DNA of 64,000 bases from Blastocladiella emersonii ATCC 22665 (GCA_025594325.1 JANHCV010000002.1:1364001-1428000); one strand, 5' to 3'. Positions 1 to 12,270 are shown, counted from the first letter of the stretch. Notes: a model not told the origin generated them from the sequence alone. A program made the numbers and translations.

Positions 1-301
1 GCGCCGCGGCGGCGAGCCAGTTGACGTCGGCGGACGCGAGCAGCGACCCCGTGGCCAGCTGGACCAGGGTGAGGGTGGTCACCTCGGCCAGGGCCAGCGA
101 AACGGACGAGCTGGTGGCCTCATGGTCGGGGTTCGAGAGCAGGAACGAGAGAAGTCTAGAAACCGCCGCGATCGGCCGTCACGTCAGCGTCGGTCGTGGC
201 CAGAGCGAGCTGGAGGCTTCATACAGGCTGCGGTTCATCCACGCGAGGACCCCGACGGCCAGCGGCGCGGGCCGCGGTAGAGCCCATACACCGCGAGGCA
301 T
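1..301 (-). CDS. 5' part of a hydrophobic membrane protein running off the left edge (possibly DMT/nucleotide-sugar-transporter-like)
   Basis: ATG at 301; intron 224-156 (GTATGA...CTGAC...TTTCTAG). Spliced frame MPRGVWALPRPAPLAVGVLAWMNRSLLLSFLLSNPDHEATSSSVSLALAEVTTLTLVQLATGSLLAS stays open to the edge. The function is a guess. Confidence 0.5.
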
Positions 302-947
302 GGTGGTAGACGGTGGAGGGTGTCGCGAGCGAGAGCGGCGAGGGGCGACTGACTGATCACACTCGACGCGCGGCGGAGTGCATGCATTTAGCTTCCATCA
401 GGAAGCGGTGAAGAGAACCGGCGCCGGTCGCCCGCGCGGAAGTCGGACTCCCACGGGTCCGCGTCGCGGCGTCGCGGCGAGGCGGATCGGCCGCGACGAC
501 GCGTGATCCACGACGCGTCTCCCACCCGTGTCTCGCGCGCGGCGCGGTTCACACGGTGACGCGTCGGCCGCCACGTGAGCGCACCTGATCAACGCGTCGT
601 TCGCGTTCGCGGGGGAGACGTCACGCGATGTCACGCTGACGGAACGCGTCTCCCACCGACGCGACGCGCCGCGCCCCTCGAGCACGCACGCGCGAGACGG
701 ATCACCCCTTGCTTGTTCTCGCGCCGCGTCCCGCCGTCGCCCTCGCTGTCTGTCTTGGCACGATCCTTGGCCACGACCGCACACCCCACGCCACCACGAC
801 TGGCAGGGTACGCGCACCCAATCTCTCCTCCTCTCTCGGACGCACGGCCGAACGCACTGACATCTCATCCCATCCACCGACACTCACGCACTCACTTTCA
901 TCTCGCGCGCTCTCTCACCCACAGTACTCCCCACCTTCACCCTCGCC

Positions 948-3900
948 ATGAACATCAGGACGCGTCTCGTCGCCGGGGCGCGCCCCTGGCCCATCGGCTA
1001 CGTGTTTGCGTCGGCCGGCGCGCTGCTGCTGACGCGCAACCTGGTCCAGCGGACCGCCGAGTTGCCCGTGGCGCAGGCGACGCCGTTCCTGGTCGTGGCG
1101 GTCCAGTACGCGCTGCTGTCGTGGCTGCTCGCGCTGGTCCCGAGCTCGACGCGCAGCACCAAGCTCATCGACGTCGAGTCGCAGTCGTGGGCCGAGTGGA
1201 CGCGCAGCACGCTGCCGTGGGGTCTGCTCGTCGGCCTCGGCGCCCTCGCGCAGACGCACGCGCTCGGCGCCATGGGCCCCGCCGCCTCGCTCACCGTCTT
1301 TCTCCTGTCGCGCCTCCTGATCCGCTCGCTCGTGTTCCCGGCCGCCGCCAACGCCACGCAGGCGTCGGGGCTCGCCATGCAGACCCAGATGATGGCCGGC
1401 CTTATGTTTGTCGGCGGCGGCGTCGCCATGGCGATCGCCCGCGCGTCGGCCGACTCGGCCGCGCTCTCGCTCATCTACGTCGTGTCGCTCATCACGGTCC
1501 ACGTCGCGTCCGCGTGGGCGTACGAGGCCCACCTCTCGGCGCTCCACGCCAAGGCCGGCTCGGCGCTCGCCCCGTCCCCGACCCACGCGCTCGGCAGCGT
1601 CGTGTCCCGCGCCGCGTGCGACCTCGAGCTGCTCGGCTCCGTCTCCACTGTACGATCATTCTGCCGAACCATCTTAGTAGCACACGGACTGACCCTCATC
1701 TCTCCCCGACAGATCGTGAGCGCCATGTCTATCCTCGGCTTCGTGCTCTTCGACCGGTCGGCGCTGGCCACGTCGCTCAACCACGCCAAGTTCCCGCTGT
1801 TCACGCTGACGATTCTCGGCACGGCCACGGCGCTCGCGCACCTGTGCAAGCAGCAGGACGACATCGAGCTCGGTCTGCGCACCCCGGCCATGATCGAGCC
1901 GACGCTCGCGCCGCCGCCGCCCGTCCTCGCGCGCCGCCTGATCCGCGACATTGCCGCGGCCTCGGTCGCATGGCTCGCGGGCACCCCGGCCGACGCGGCC
2001 CCGGTGCCGCTCAAGATCGTCTTCGGCGTCACCTCGGCCGCGCTGCTCGTGCGGTGCGCCGTCCAGCAGCTCGCGTCGCGGTCCAACAACCCGCAGCAAC
2101 CCGCGATGGCGGCGGCCCGCGAGACGGCCACGGCGTCGCCGACCCCGTCGACCATCTCCGAGGCACCCACCACGGCGACGCTTGGCGTCAAGGGCCACGG
2201 GTACAGCAACGACCCGTACGCGACGGCTTCGGACGCGAGCGCCGGCCGGTGGGGAACGCTTAGCGGGTTCGGCATCAAGTTTGCGCTGCTCCTCGTCGCG
2301 GCGCTGTTCGTCCAGCTCCTGCTCCCCGGCCCGCGCGGCATGGCCGTCACCCCGACGCCCGGCGCCGACGCCGGCATGGAGGTGTACGTGATGCACGACG
2401 TCGGCGCGGCGGCCGCGGTCGCTGGCGGTAGCAGTAACGCGGTTTCGGGTGCTGCTGGTGCTGGTGCAGGTGCTGTGGCCGGATCGGCAGCGGCAGCAGC
2501 GGCAGGCGCGGGCGCGAACAAGGCGCCCGAGCCCGAGATCCCGGCGCTCGAGGTCGGCGTGTCGGCGCCCGAGTTCGACAACAAGAACGGCGCCGGCGCC
2601 GGTACCGGATCGTCGGCCGCGGCGGCGGCCGGCGGTAAGAACAAGGACGAGGAGGAGGTGTCGGCGGGGACCGACGCTGACCTGGACCTCGCTGCCTCCG
2701 AGTCGGCCGCGGACGCGGATGCCGCCGACGACGCGGCGGCCGAGGCCGAGGCGTCGGCGCACGCGCACAACACCAACAACAACAACAAGGACGCGGCGGC
2801 GATCGAGGTCGACGACCACGTGCGGATCGCGCTGCCGGAGCTCGGCAAGATCAAGCTGACGCTGGCGCTCAAGTCGAACCGCGGGCTGCATCCTGTGCAG
2901 GCGCCCGAGTTTGGCGGCCCCCTGCTGCTGAACGAGTCGTCGCTGGTGCCCGCCGAGCAGGCGGCGGGCGCGCCCGACACGTGGCTGGTCCAGGTGCCGC
3001 CGCGGCAGCAGGTGCCGGCGCGGCCGTGGGACGTGCCGATCGACCCGAGCACGGTGACGACGCGGTCGGCGAACCTGTCGTGGTCCGAGATCCAGCTCGG
3101 GCTGTCGACGCACCCCAAGTTCACGCACCGCGTCGCGCTGCTGACGGGCCTGTGGGCGCGCAACCCGGAGATCCAGTGGACGCCGTTCTGGTGCACGCAG
3201 GACGACCCGGAGATCTGGGGCAGCACCGTGGACGTGGGCCGCCGCACCGCGACCATGCACATGGAGGACTTTTTCCAGCGCGTCGGACGGTACCCGGCCG
3301 TGATCGAGGGCGACCCGGAGAACACGGCGCGGTCGCCGCACGTCAAGTGGTTCAAGATGATCCCGACGCTGCTCGCGCGCGCGCCGGCCACGACCAAGTG
3401 GTTCGTGATTGGCGACGACGACACGCTGTGGTACCCGCCGGTGCTCATGTCGACGCTGCGGTCGATTGACGCGGACCCGATGACCACGAGCATCTACCTC
3501 GGCGACGTGTCGGAGCTGCCGATCCAGGTCGAGCTGTTCGGCGAGATGGCGTTTGGCGGCGGCGGGGCCGTCGTGTCGCGGGCGCTGGCGGAGCGCATGA
3601 ACCCGATGATCAACTTCTGCATTGCGCAGTACCGCGAGATCTACGGCGGCGACGGGCGGCTCGGGCTGTGCATCGAGCTGGTCACGGCGCACGACGGTCG
3701 CGGCGCCGTGCACCTGACGCGGTCGCCCGTGTTCAACCAGATGGACCTGTGGTGGCTGCCGGACCCGCGCCTGTACCTGATGGCGCGGTTCGCGCGCGCG
3801 GCGCCCGCGTCCATGCACCACTACGAGTCGCAGCGGCCGCTGGCGAGCGGGGCGCCCGGCACGGACGCGGGCCTGCAGCGCGTGTACTCGACGATCCGGT

Positions 3901-4292
3901 CAATCCCGCCGCACCTGGCGTTCCGGCGGTTCATGGTTCCGATGGGCGAGCGCACGGCCGTCATCACGTTCGGGTTCCACGTGCGCATCTACAGCGCGCC
4001 CATCACGCTCGACCACCCGGTCGACCTCGACAGCGGCATCGACGTGCGGTTCATGGACCGCGTCTACTACCGCGACCTGTCGACGGAGGCGAGCCGCGCG
4101 CCGCCGCCGCCACGGCGCACCGACTACCAGGACTTTTGGCTCACCGAGTACTTCCCGCAGTCGGGGACCATGGTGTTCCTCGACGAGCCGTCGGGCGACC
4201 GCGTCCGCATCGTGTGCGCTGGGTCGCACGTACTCCCCGTCGAGACGCTGTGCGTGCCAGAAGCGGACCACAAGGGCGGGTTCTGGGAGTAG
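948..4292 (+). CDS. Fusion of a multi-TM DMT/nucleotide-sugar-transporter-like N-terminal region and a Fringe-like GT31 glycosyltransferase
   Basis: 1114-aa ORF with a likely in-frame 63-nt intron 1650-1712 (GTACGA...CTGAC...CAG). About 10 hydrophobic helices are followed by a further TM (GFGIKFALLLVAALFVQLLL), an Ala/acidic stem, then GT31 motifs KWFVIGDDDTLW, IYLGDVSE, MAFGGGGAVVSRALA, GGDGRLGLCIE, FNQMDL, SMHHY. Confidence 0.85.
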   Translation: MNIRTRLVAGARPWPIGYVFASAGALLLTRNLVQRTAELPVAQATPFLVVAVQYALLSWLLALVPSSTRSTKLIDVESQSWAEWTRSTLPWGLLVGLGALAQTHALGAMGPAASLTVFLLSRLLIRSLVFPAAANATQASGLAMQTQMMAGLMFVGGGVAMAIARASADSAALSLIYVVSLITVHVASAWAYEAHLSALHAKAGSALAPSPTHALGSVVSRAACDLELLGSVSTVRSFCRTILVAHGLTLISPRQIVSAMSILGFVLFDRSALATSLNHAKFPLFTLTILGTATALAHLCKQQDDIELGLRTPAMIEPTLAPPPPVLARRLIRDIAAASVAWLAGTPADAAPVPLKIVFGVTSAALLVRCAVQQLASRSNNPQQPAMAAARETATASPTPSTISEAPTTATLGVKGHGYSNDPYATASDASAGRWGTLSGFGIKFALLLVAALFVQLLLPGPRGMAVTPTPGADAGMEVYVMHDVGAAAAVAGGSSNAVSGAAGAGAGAVAGSAAAAAAGAGANKAPEPEIPALEVGVSAPEFDNKNGAGAGTGSSAAAAAGGKNKDEEEVSAGTDADLDLAASESAADADAADDAAAEAEASAHAHNTNNNNKDAAAIEVDDHVRIALPELGKIKLTLALKSNRGLHPVQAPEFGGPLLLNESSLVPAEQAAGAPDTWLVQVPPRQQVPARPWDVPIDPSTVTTRSANLSWSEIQLGLSTHPKFTHRVALLTGLWARNPEIQWTPFWCTQDDPEIWGSTVDVGRRTATMHMEDFFQRVGRYPAVIEGDPENTARSPHVKWFKMIPTLLARAPATTKWFVIGDDDTLWYPPVLMSTLRSIDADPMTTSIYLGDVSELPIQVELFGEMAFGGGGAVVSRALAERMNPMINFCIAQYREIYGGDGRLGLCIELVTAHDGRGAVHLTRSPVFNQMDLWWLPDPRLYLMARFARAAPASMHHYESQRPLASGAPGTDAGLQRVYSTIRSIPPHLAFRRFMVPMGERTAVITFGFHVRIYSAPITLDHPVDLDSGIDVRFMDRVYYRDLSTEASRAPPPPRRTDYQDFWLTEYFPQSGTMVFLDEPSGDRVRIVCAGSHVLPVETLCVPEADHKGGFWE

Positions 4293-4443
4293 ACGGATCA
4301 CAGTGGAAGTTGATCATCATTGCACTATACATTTGCGACTTGCCTGAGCATCAAGGAGTGCGTGTGTGCGCGTGCGTGAGTGGGGGATCATCTCGTATAT
4401 TCACGCCGGCCGGCCGCTGCTACTGTCCGAAGGTGCCGCGAAG

Positions 4444-5244
4444 CTAGATGAGCTTCTTGGCCTGGAAGAAGCTGCGCAGGTAGTAGACCTGCCAGCCACC
4501 GAGCGCGACGAGCGTAGTGATGGACAGCAGCGAGAAGCCGAGGACGCGCTCGTTGGTCGACTCTACACTCCCTGAAAGTCAGTCGCGGCGTTCGAGGATC
4601 AAGCGCAGAGCACGTACCGTTGGTGCTGCGCATGCGCTTTTCGCGGGCCTTGAGGTACTCCATCTCGTCGACGATCTCGTCCATGAGGTTCTCGAGTCGC
4701 CGCAGCTCGATCTCGACGGGCTTGAGGTGCTCGTTCTTCTCCTGGAACGTGTCGTCCTCGCGCGCGTCGGCGCCCGTGTCGAGGGACAAGGAGATGGTGC
4801 GCATCATGGTCGGGGTCGGGTTGAATCCTACGCGCGTGACGAGTGAGCGCTCGGGCCGACCCGGGGGAGGAGAAACGCGCGCTCACCGTGCTCGAGCGTG
4901 TTGGTAAAGCACACGTTGATCTCGGCGTGGTCGAGCGTGGTGAAGGCGAACTTGCCGGGCCCGTCAATGTTGGTGCGCTGGTAGTACTGGTTGCGGTGGG
5001 TGCCCGAGTCGCTGACGACCACGTCGACGAGCTGGTGCTCGCCGTCGGTCACGTCGTAGGTGCCGCGCACGAGCACGTTGCGCCCGACGTACGCCGACAG
5101 GCACCGGTGGTTCTTGGCCTCCTTGGTGCCGGGCGCCAGCGCCGACAGCTCGAACTTGACGGCGGCGGCACCCGGGACCGCGGCGATCAGGCACACCAGC
5201 AGCAGCACCGCGGTTGCGGCGAGTGACGTTACGGAGCGATTCAT
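4444..5244 (-). CDS. ERV25: p24 family (delta, TMED10/Erv25) ER-Golgi cargo receptor
   Basis: Signal peptide, GOLD domain (RCLSAYV...KFAFTT...VCFTN), coiled coil [43 protein letters not shown], and tail [12 protein letters not shown]. Two GT-AG introns. Confidence 0.93.
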
Positions 5245-7219
5245 GGCAGCGTGTGTGGTGGTCGATCGCGAGGGACGGCGGGTGTGGCGACCTCGCGAGG
5301 AGGCAGACAGGGCGACGCGCCGTGGCGGAACTGCGATCGCCCGTGCCTGCCACTCCGATCACGAACGCGTCGCTCTCGCTCACAGCGTGTCTCGCGCTCG
5401 GAAAAAGTGTCTCGCGCTCGCCTCGCGACTCCGCCGACCACCGCCGGCCAACATGACCACCACGCGGCCGTCTGGTGACGACATGCACGCCACCGATCTC
5501 ATTTCGATCCCCCTCACGCCGACCTGAGACGTCCAGGGCGCCGCGCTACGCCGCACCCTCGTGGCTGAGCGGCGCCCGTCACCGGACTGGCGCCCCCGCC
5601 CAGCTCAGCCCGGCAGGCAGGGCTGCTGGCAGGGCGGGTGAGCGACGCGTCGCCGTCATCGTCGAGTAACAACTCGGTGTGTGGGGATTGATCTAACGCG
5701 ACGGTGGAGTGTTGATTGCCTTCCCCAACTGCTCGAGTGGTTCAGGCCCTGGACGTCAGTCACGGACGAGGTTCACGGCGGGCAGAGACGAGGCGTGATG
5801 GACCATCGAGCGCAAACACGACCCGAGTAGATGGTCGCGAGAGCTTTCCAGCCATGACCATGGCCACATCTCCACGAGGCCGTGGTGCCTCACACGTTGA
5901 CGGACCGGAACGTGGCGAGCACGATCTTCACGATCGGTCGTTGGTCAGCAAGAGTCCACGTCGCGGGTGGCGAAGCGAGCGAGGAGCGCGAGGATCCTCG
6001 ACGCCCAGCGAGCGACCACGCAGGGCCGACGTTGGACCCACCACCGCCGCCGCCACCCGTCCCTGAGCACCACCAATCGCTCGCCGTGATGTCGGGACTC
6101 GGAAGAAACTTCATCAACGGTGGCGTCGATGGCGGATAGTTGCAACGCAGGGACGCGGGTGCGCGTGCGCGAGCGCGCACACCGGGTCCAGCGTGGTCCG
6201 CGATAGCCGAAGCCGCGCTTGTACGCGAGCTTCTGGTGATCCGGGTCGTGATCTTCGAGCTCGTAGGAGTGCGCCACAGCACGAGAGCGTGTCGCAAATG
6301 AAGATCCGCGATTGGAGGTGCCATGAACCATTGCTCGTTTCACCCGAGAGCTCTACCGCACCAGACCCGACGACGTGGGGTGATGGCCGCGGTCGCGACA
6401 CGTTGAGCGTGTCGCCGGTCATGGCCGCGATGACGACGAGGATCGTGTGTGGTGGTCACCGTCGAGGTCGACGTCGTGGCCATGGTCGCGGTGGTGGCCA
6501 TGGTCGGCGACGGTCGGATGGTGAGGGATTTGCCCACCGGCGGTGCGGAGTCGGCGTCGATCGTGGCTGCCGCGACGGTAGCCAATCGCGTTGCGCGGCC
6601 GGCGAGGTGTCGACCCGCGGCGACCTGCCGCTCGGCCAAGTGGCTGACGTCGATTAAAAGCGACTCGGAGGTTGAACAACGTCGGCGACGGCGCCGCCCC
6701 TCGGCGGACGCTTTTAGAGGCCCGGGTCCCCGCGGCCCACGCTTGCTCTCTCCCCCCGCCCTCCCCCTCCTTCCTCCACCTTCATCACCCACACCAAGTC
6801 CCTCGCGGCGACCCCACCACGCTCAACGACGACTGCTCCCTCGCCCGGATCCGTCGCCGTCTCGTCGCTCGCTCGCTCGCTCACCCACAACTAGCCAAGA
6901 CTCTGCTGCTGGCCAGCTAGTCACTCATTCTGCATCACCGCCCACGACCCGGTCGATTATTGCCCCTCCATCACCGGTCGCCTCAAGCTCGCAAGCCCTT
7001 CGCCCACACATTCTGCGTGCCCCTCCTTCATCTCCACGCTTGCCCTCATATCGCCCTCTCGGCCCCGTCCAACCGCTGCCGCCGCCACCGCCCACGGCGC
7101 CAACACCAACAACTCCGCCGTCGCCGCCAACCGCGCCCTTAAGACGCCGTTGTCCCCGTTGTCCCCGGCCTCGTCGTTGTCCCTCGCCACCTGCGCCTAC
7201 GCCCCGCACCTGCTCCTCC

Positions 7220-9689
7220 ATGTCGACCGCGCCACCATCCTCCGCCATGGCCTCCACAATCGGCCTCGCTCGCCTCGACTTCCCCATGCGCCCCGCCGCG
7301 CCCTTCGGCCTCCCGCCGTCGCCACCACCAACATCCGCCACGCTCTCTCTGGGCTACCAGCACCAGCAGCAGCAGCAGTCCTTTGACGTCACCTCCGCGC
7401 TGGCCGCGGACGCGACGACGAACGGCGGCAGCACCGGATCCCGGCCGGCCATGACGCTCGACATGTCGGCGGTCCTCGGCCGCGACTTCACCGGCGTCCC
7501 CTCGCCCTCCTCCCACCACCAACCCATTTCGGCCACGTCGCCCATCGTGCAGTTCCCGCAACACCCGCACCCGCACAGCCTCGTCCTGTCGCCCGTGTCG
7601 CCCATGAGCAGAGGGGCCGCCGCCGCGGCCATGTCGGCTTCGCCCCGCGTGCCCGTCGGCATGTCGGCGAACCCCGTCTCGGATCTGTTCCCGACGCTGT
7701 CGTTCGACCAGCTCGCCGCCCTGGCCTCGTCGTCCAACGGCGCGCCGAACGAGTCCATGTCGATGCCGGCGGCCGCCGCGACGCCGGCGGGCTTCGGTGC
7801 CAACCGGTTCCCGACGCCGCAGGCCTCGCCCGCGAGCCCGGAGCGCCCGACCGGCACCACCACCAGCAACAACTTCCAGGCATCGTCGTCGGCGCAGGCG
7901 CTGACGATCAACCTGGGGGCTTCCGCCGCCGCCCGTGGCCACAGCCCAACGTCGCCCGGCGTCTCGTCGCCGCTCGCGGGGCAGTCGGGGCAGAACGACG
8001 ACAAGGCCGCGGGTGCGTCGTCGTCCTCGGACGATGCGGACCTGAGCGGCGACGACGCGGCGGCCGCCAAGGATCTGGCCGACGGCGGCAGCGCTGCGGC
8101 CGGCAAGCAGCGGTCGCGGCTGTCGCGCGAGCAGATGAACGCCCTCAAGCGCGTCTACTCCAACACCTACTTCCCCGACAAGGCCCAGAAGGAGCAGCTG
8201 AGCCGCGACCTCGGGATCCCAGTGCGCACCATCCAGGTACGCTTCTTGGTGCACGGACTGGCGGTCGTAGACCGGATCACTGACGCTCGCCCATCCCACC
8301 TCCCTCCCGCAGATCTGGTTCCAGAACCAGCGCCAGTACCACCGCCTCAAGCTCAAGAAGAAGGCGACGCAGAAGCAGCAGGAGGAGAAGCAGGCGCGCC
8401 AGCAGGCCTTCATGCACGCCGCCGCCGCGCAGCAGCACCAGCAGCACCAGCAGGCGTTTGGCGCCGCCTACCCGCCGCCGTCCCCGATGCAGGCCATCGG
8501 GGCGGCCGGCCCGCTCCAGCAGTTCCAGGCGCAGCCGACGTCGCGCCGCAACTCGGCCCCGCCGCACTTCTTCGGCGCCGTGCCCGCCGGCATCCCGAGC
8601 CCGTACCTGCCGACCGCCAACAACAGCCTCATGTCGTCGCCCATGGTCCCGATCCGCCCGCTCGGTGGCGACCACCACCACCACCAGCAGCAGATGTCGT
8701 CGCCGGCGCTCGGTCACGGCCACGGGAACGCGTACTCGCCGCTCCCACTGCCCATCACGCCCAGCAACGGGTCGTCCGTGTGCAACTCGCCCATGATCCC
8801 GATGCCGCCGTCGCGCGCGCTGCCGCCCACGGCCGGCGAGTCGGGCTTTGCCGCCGCCATCAACCCGCTCTCGCCGTCGTTTTCGCTCACGCACCCGCTC
8901 GACACGTCGGCGCTCGCGTGCGGTAACGGCAACGGCGGGTACGGCATGGACGCCTCGACGACGACGACAGCAACCGCCGCGCAGGCGCAGCGGTTCACGT
9001 CGTCGCCGTCCATGGTCCAGTCGCCCCTCCTCCCGCTCGCCCCGAACCCGAACCCGCCGCAGGCGCAGGTCCCGCTCCGCCGCCCGCACGCCGGATCGCT
9101 GCCGCCGCTGCCGACCTACCTCCAGCAGCAGCAGAACGGGTTCCAGGGCCAGTACCACCAGCAGCAGCAGCAGCAGGTGCAGCCGGCGCATCACCAAACC
9201 ATTCCCAACCAGAACCAGCGCCCGATGCACCTGCTGCCGCAGCTCCAGATGGCCACGTCGCCACAACCCGCCGTGTCGCCCTCGGCCGCCGCCACGTCGC
9301 CGTACCTCGCGCAGCCGTCGCTCTCGCTCGCCGCGACGGCCTCGCTCCAGCACCACCAGCTCGCGGCGGCGCAGTCGCCGTCGGCCACCTTCGACATGGC
9401 CGACGTCTTCTTCAACAACAACGGGATGCTGCCGTCGGCCGCCGAGTCTTCGGCCTCAACGGCCGCCTCGTTCCCGACCGTCTCGTCCGGGCTCTCGCTC
9501 TCGACGCTGACGTCCGGGTTCCCGAGCCCCGCCCCCGCCGCCCTTGGCTCGCCCGCCGCGCAGGACCTGTTCGCATCGTCGCCGGTCGACATGTACAACG
9601 CGTCCTCGCAGCACCAGCAGCAGATGCCCTTCAACGTGGCGCCGCACCCGCACGTCCAGCGCGCACGGTCGCACTCCATGTACTACTGA
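7220..9689 (+). CDS. Homeodomain transcription factor with Ser/Pro/Gln-rich disordered flanks
   Basis: Splicing intron 8237-8312 gives KQRSRLSREQMNALKRVYSNTYFPDKAQKEQLSRDLGIPVRTIQ|IWFQNQRQYHRLK (Q50 class). Exon 2 is in frame with ORF 8412-9689. Confidence 0.92.
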
Positions 9690-9832
9690 GCGCGCGCACA
9701 CGCGCGGATCGCAAAAACTAGGCGAGAAAACCCCCAAGATGATGATGTGTCGATGATGTGCTCGATGAGAATCACTAATTGAAGTCCCCCACACTTTTGT
9801 TCTCTCGAAAACTACTACGTGTCTATGAGCGT

Positions 9833-12106
9833 CTATCCTCTCATGCCACCCCCGCTGCCGAGGACATGGAACGAGCTCGCCGTGCTCCACACGGGCACCG
9901 GGAATCCGCGGCCGAGCGATCCCGCCGATCCCGCCCCCGTCGACGAGGACGAGACGCGCGGGACGACGGTCCCGTTCCACGCCAGATCCTCGTCACTGCG
10001 CCCATGCCCGCCGCCGCCCGCCTCGCCCAGCGTGCGCACCGCGACCGCGACCGTGGTGCGGTTCCCGACCGCGCGCTCGCGCTTGCGAGCGACGTACGAC
10101 GCGATCTGCCGCTCAGCGAGCGCGCGGACCGCCGCGGCGCGCGCTTTCGGGTCGACGGGCGGCGGCGGGGTCGCCGAGGGACCGCGGCCGGCGCTATTTG
10201 GGAGCGGCGGGAGCGGGGCAGCGGAAGCAGCAGCAGCAGCGACGGTCACGGACGCAGTGGCCACGGCGAACTTGGCGACCTGCGACCGCCGCGCGCGCGA
10301 CGCCGCCGTGTCCGGGACCTCGAACATGGCGGCGGCCGCGGCGCGCAGGTCTGCGTACGTCTTGGCGCGCGCGGGGTCGGTGGTCGGGAGCACGGGCTCG
10401 AATTGGCCGCGGTGCTGCGATTCCCAGTCGTCGGATTCGGCTTCGACCGCGGGCATGGCGGCGGCGGCAGTCGTGGTTGGGGTTGGTGCGGATACGGGCC
10501 GGCCGGCGCTGCGCGACCCGATGGGCGATGCGGGCGGTGGACTCGTGCTGCTGCTGAGGTTCGGCGTCGACGTGGCCGCGGCGTACAGGCGGCGCTTGGC
10601 CTCGCGCCGGCGCGTGCGCGTCCAGTGGATCGGGTTCAGCGACGTCAGGTTCAGCATCGTGAACACGTTCTCCAGCATGGTCTGCTTGATGGCGTGGTCG
10701 ACGGCTGTCTCGCAGCTCAGGCTCGGCGAGTGGTTAATCTACGCGCAGTGTCAGCGATGGTGGCGAGGCTGGGGAGCAGCGAGCAAAGTACCTCGAGGAC
10801 GTAGGGCCGCAGCTTGTGGTCGAGGAGAATGTCGAACCCGAGCAGCTCGAATGACGGCGACCCGGCCGCGTTCGGGAAGCAGCTGCGGAAGATGCGCGCG
10901 AGCTCGGGCTGGATCGGCAGCAGCGACTTGGCGATAATGTCCTTGATGCTCGCCCACACGGCGCCCGAGCCGTCGTGGCCCAGTGAGTCGAGGTGCTGCA
11001 GCGCCCACGTCAGAGTCCTACACACGCCGTCAGCACGCGGTGGCCACTGCTGAGCGATGAAAGCACGCGTACCGTTTGGACCCACCCGTCGCGCCGCCGT
11101 CGACAAACTTGCTCGACTTCTTATTGATGGAAAAGTTGGTGAGGTGCATGCACACGCGGTGGCGGTTGGTCGCGTCGGGCCCGGTGCCGTACGGCTCGGT
11201 CGCGAACCGCGCCAGCCCCTCCTTGTACACGTACACGCGCAGCGGGTCGCAGTGTGTGATCAGCGCGTACACGCGCAGGTCGAACTTGTACCCGTCGATG
11301 AGCATCGGCTACACACGTGCGGGGTGTCAGCGTGCTGCCAGAGCGAAGAGAAGCCAGCGATGCGCACCCGCTCAATGTACTGCTGCACGACCATATCAAA
11401 CTCACCGTCGGGCTCATAGTCGTTGGGGTCCGACAGCAGGTAAATCCCGATGCCGCGCGACTTGGAGTCGGGTTTTGCAATGAACCACTTCCCCGGCCGC
11501 CGCTGCGCGTGCGCAACAAAGTCACGGTGTTCGGTGCGCATACACCACGTCCGCGGCCAGAACGCGTACTCTTTCGGGAACTGCGCGCGCATCCGTGCCA
11601 GGTTGCGCGCGAGGTAGTCCTTGTGGCACACGTGGTGCATGCCCGGAAAGTGGTTGATGCGCTGCCACGGCTCGAGCGCGAGCAGCCGCGCGACGGACAC
11701 CACGCCGTCCATCCACACCACGGTGCTCGACGCCTCGTCGCTCGTCAGCTGAAGTCCAGCGCCGAGACCCGCACGCTGTACTACGCGAGTCGCCGGGCGG
11801 CGAGAGTGAGGGCGTGTAGTGGAGAGAGGAGGGTGGTGGAAACGCACCGACGGCGTGCTTCGTGTTGTCCACGTTCAATGTAGGCGTGAACTTGGCCTTG
11901 CGCGTAGCACGCCCGCTGCCGCGGGCCACGTTCGCGGACGGCCGCTTGGCCTCGACATCCACGCTCGCCGATCGGTTGATGATGGGGCTCGGAGCGTCGC
12001 CCGGTTCGTCTTCATCGTCGAAGCGAGGCGGCCTCCATGTGGCCGGCGGTGGCGGCTTGGCTCCGCTGGCCACGGACTGGCGCTGCTCGTGGCGCGAAGA
12101 TAGCAT
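9833..12106 (-). CDS. TTLL6: Tubulin polyglutamylase, TTLL6/7/13-like
   Basis: Four introns. Motifs INHFPGM..CHKDYLARNL.RM, FIAKPDSKSRGIGIYL, VVQQYIERPMLIDGYKFDLRVYALIT, GLARFATEPY, CMHLTNFSINK, FELLGFDILLD, LE|INHSPSL. Confidence 0.92.
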
Positions 12107-12270
12107 TTCCGTTGGTTAATCGTGCTTCATTTGGCGCGATCGAGCGCGGCATGCATATCCGCGAAGGTCCATGGCGTCGCGCGCAATCGAACGGCGCGAA
12201 TCATGGGTTTAGCCGCCCGCGAGACATGGCGAGGCGAGACGGGGATGGGCGGAGCGGGCACGCGGGCAGG

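Noticed and set aside
5480-7200. Several 100-150 aa ORFs and the N-terminal 257 aa of ORF 6449-8926 between ERV25 and the homeobox gene
   Set aside because: No recognisable motifs, no consistent codon bias or splice pattern. It reads best as a long regulatory or 5'UTR region, with the homeobox ATG at 7220.
7350-9660. CAG/CAC microsatellite-like runs (also at 2770, 14500, 37540)
   Set aside because: Short in-frame polyQ/H/N tracts in disordered coding regions; ordinary.
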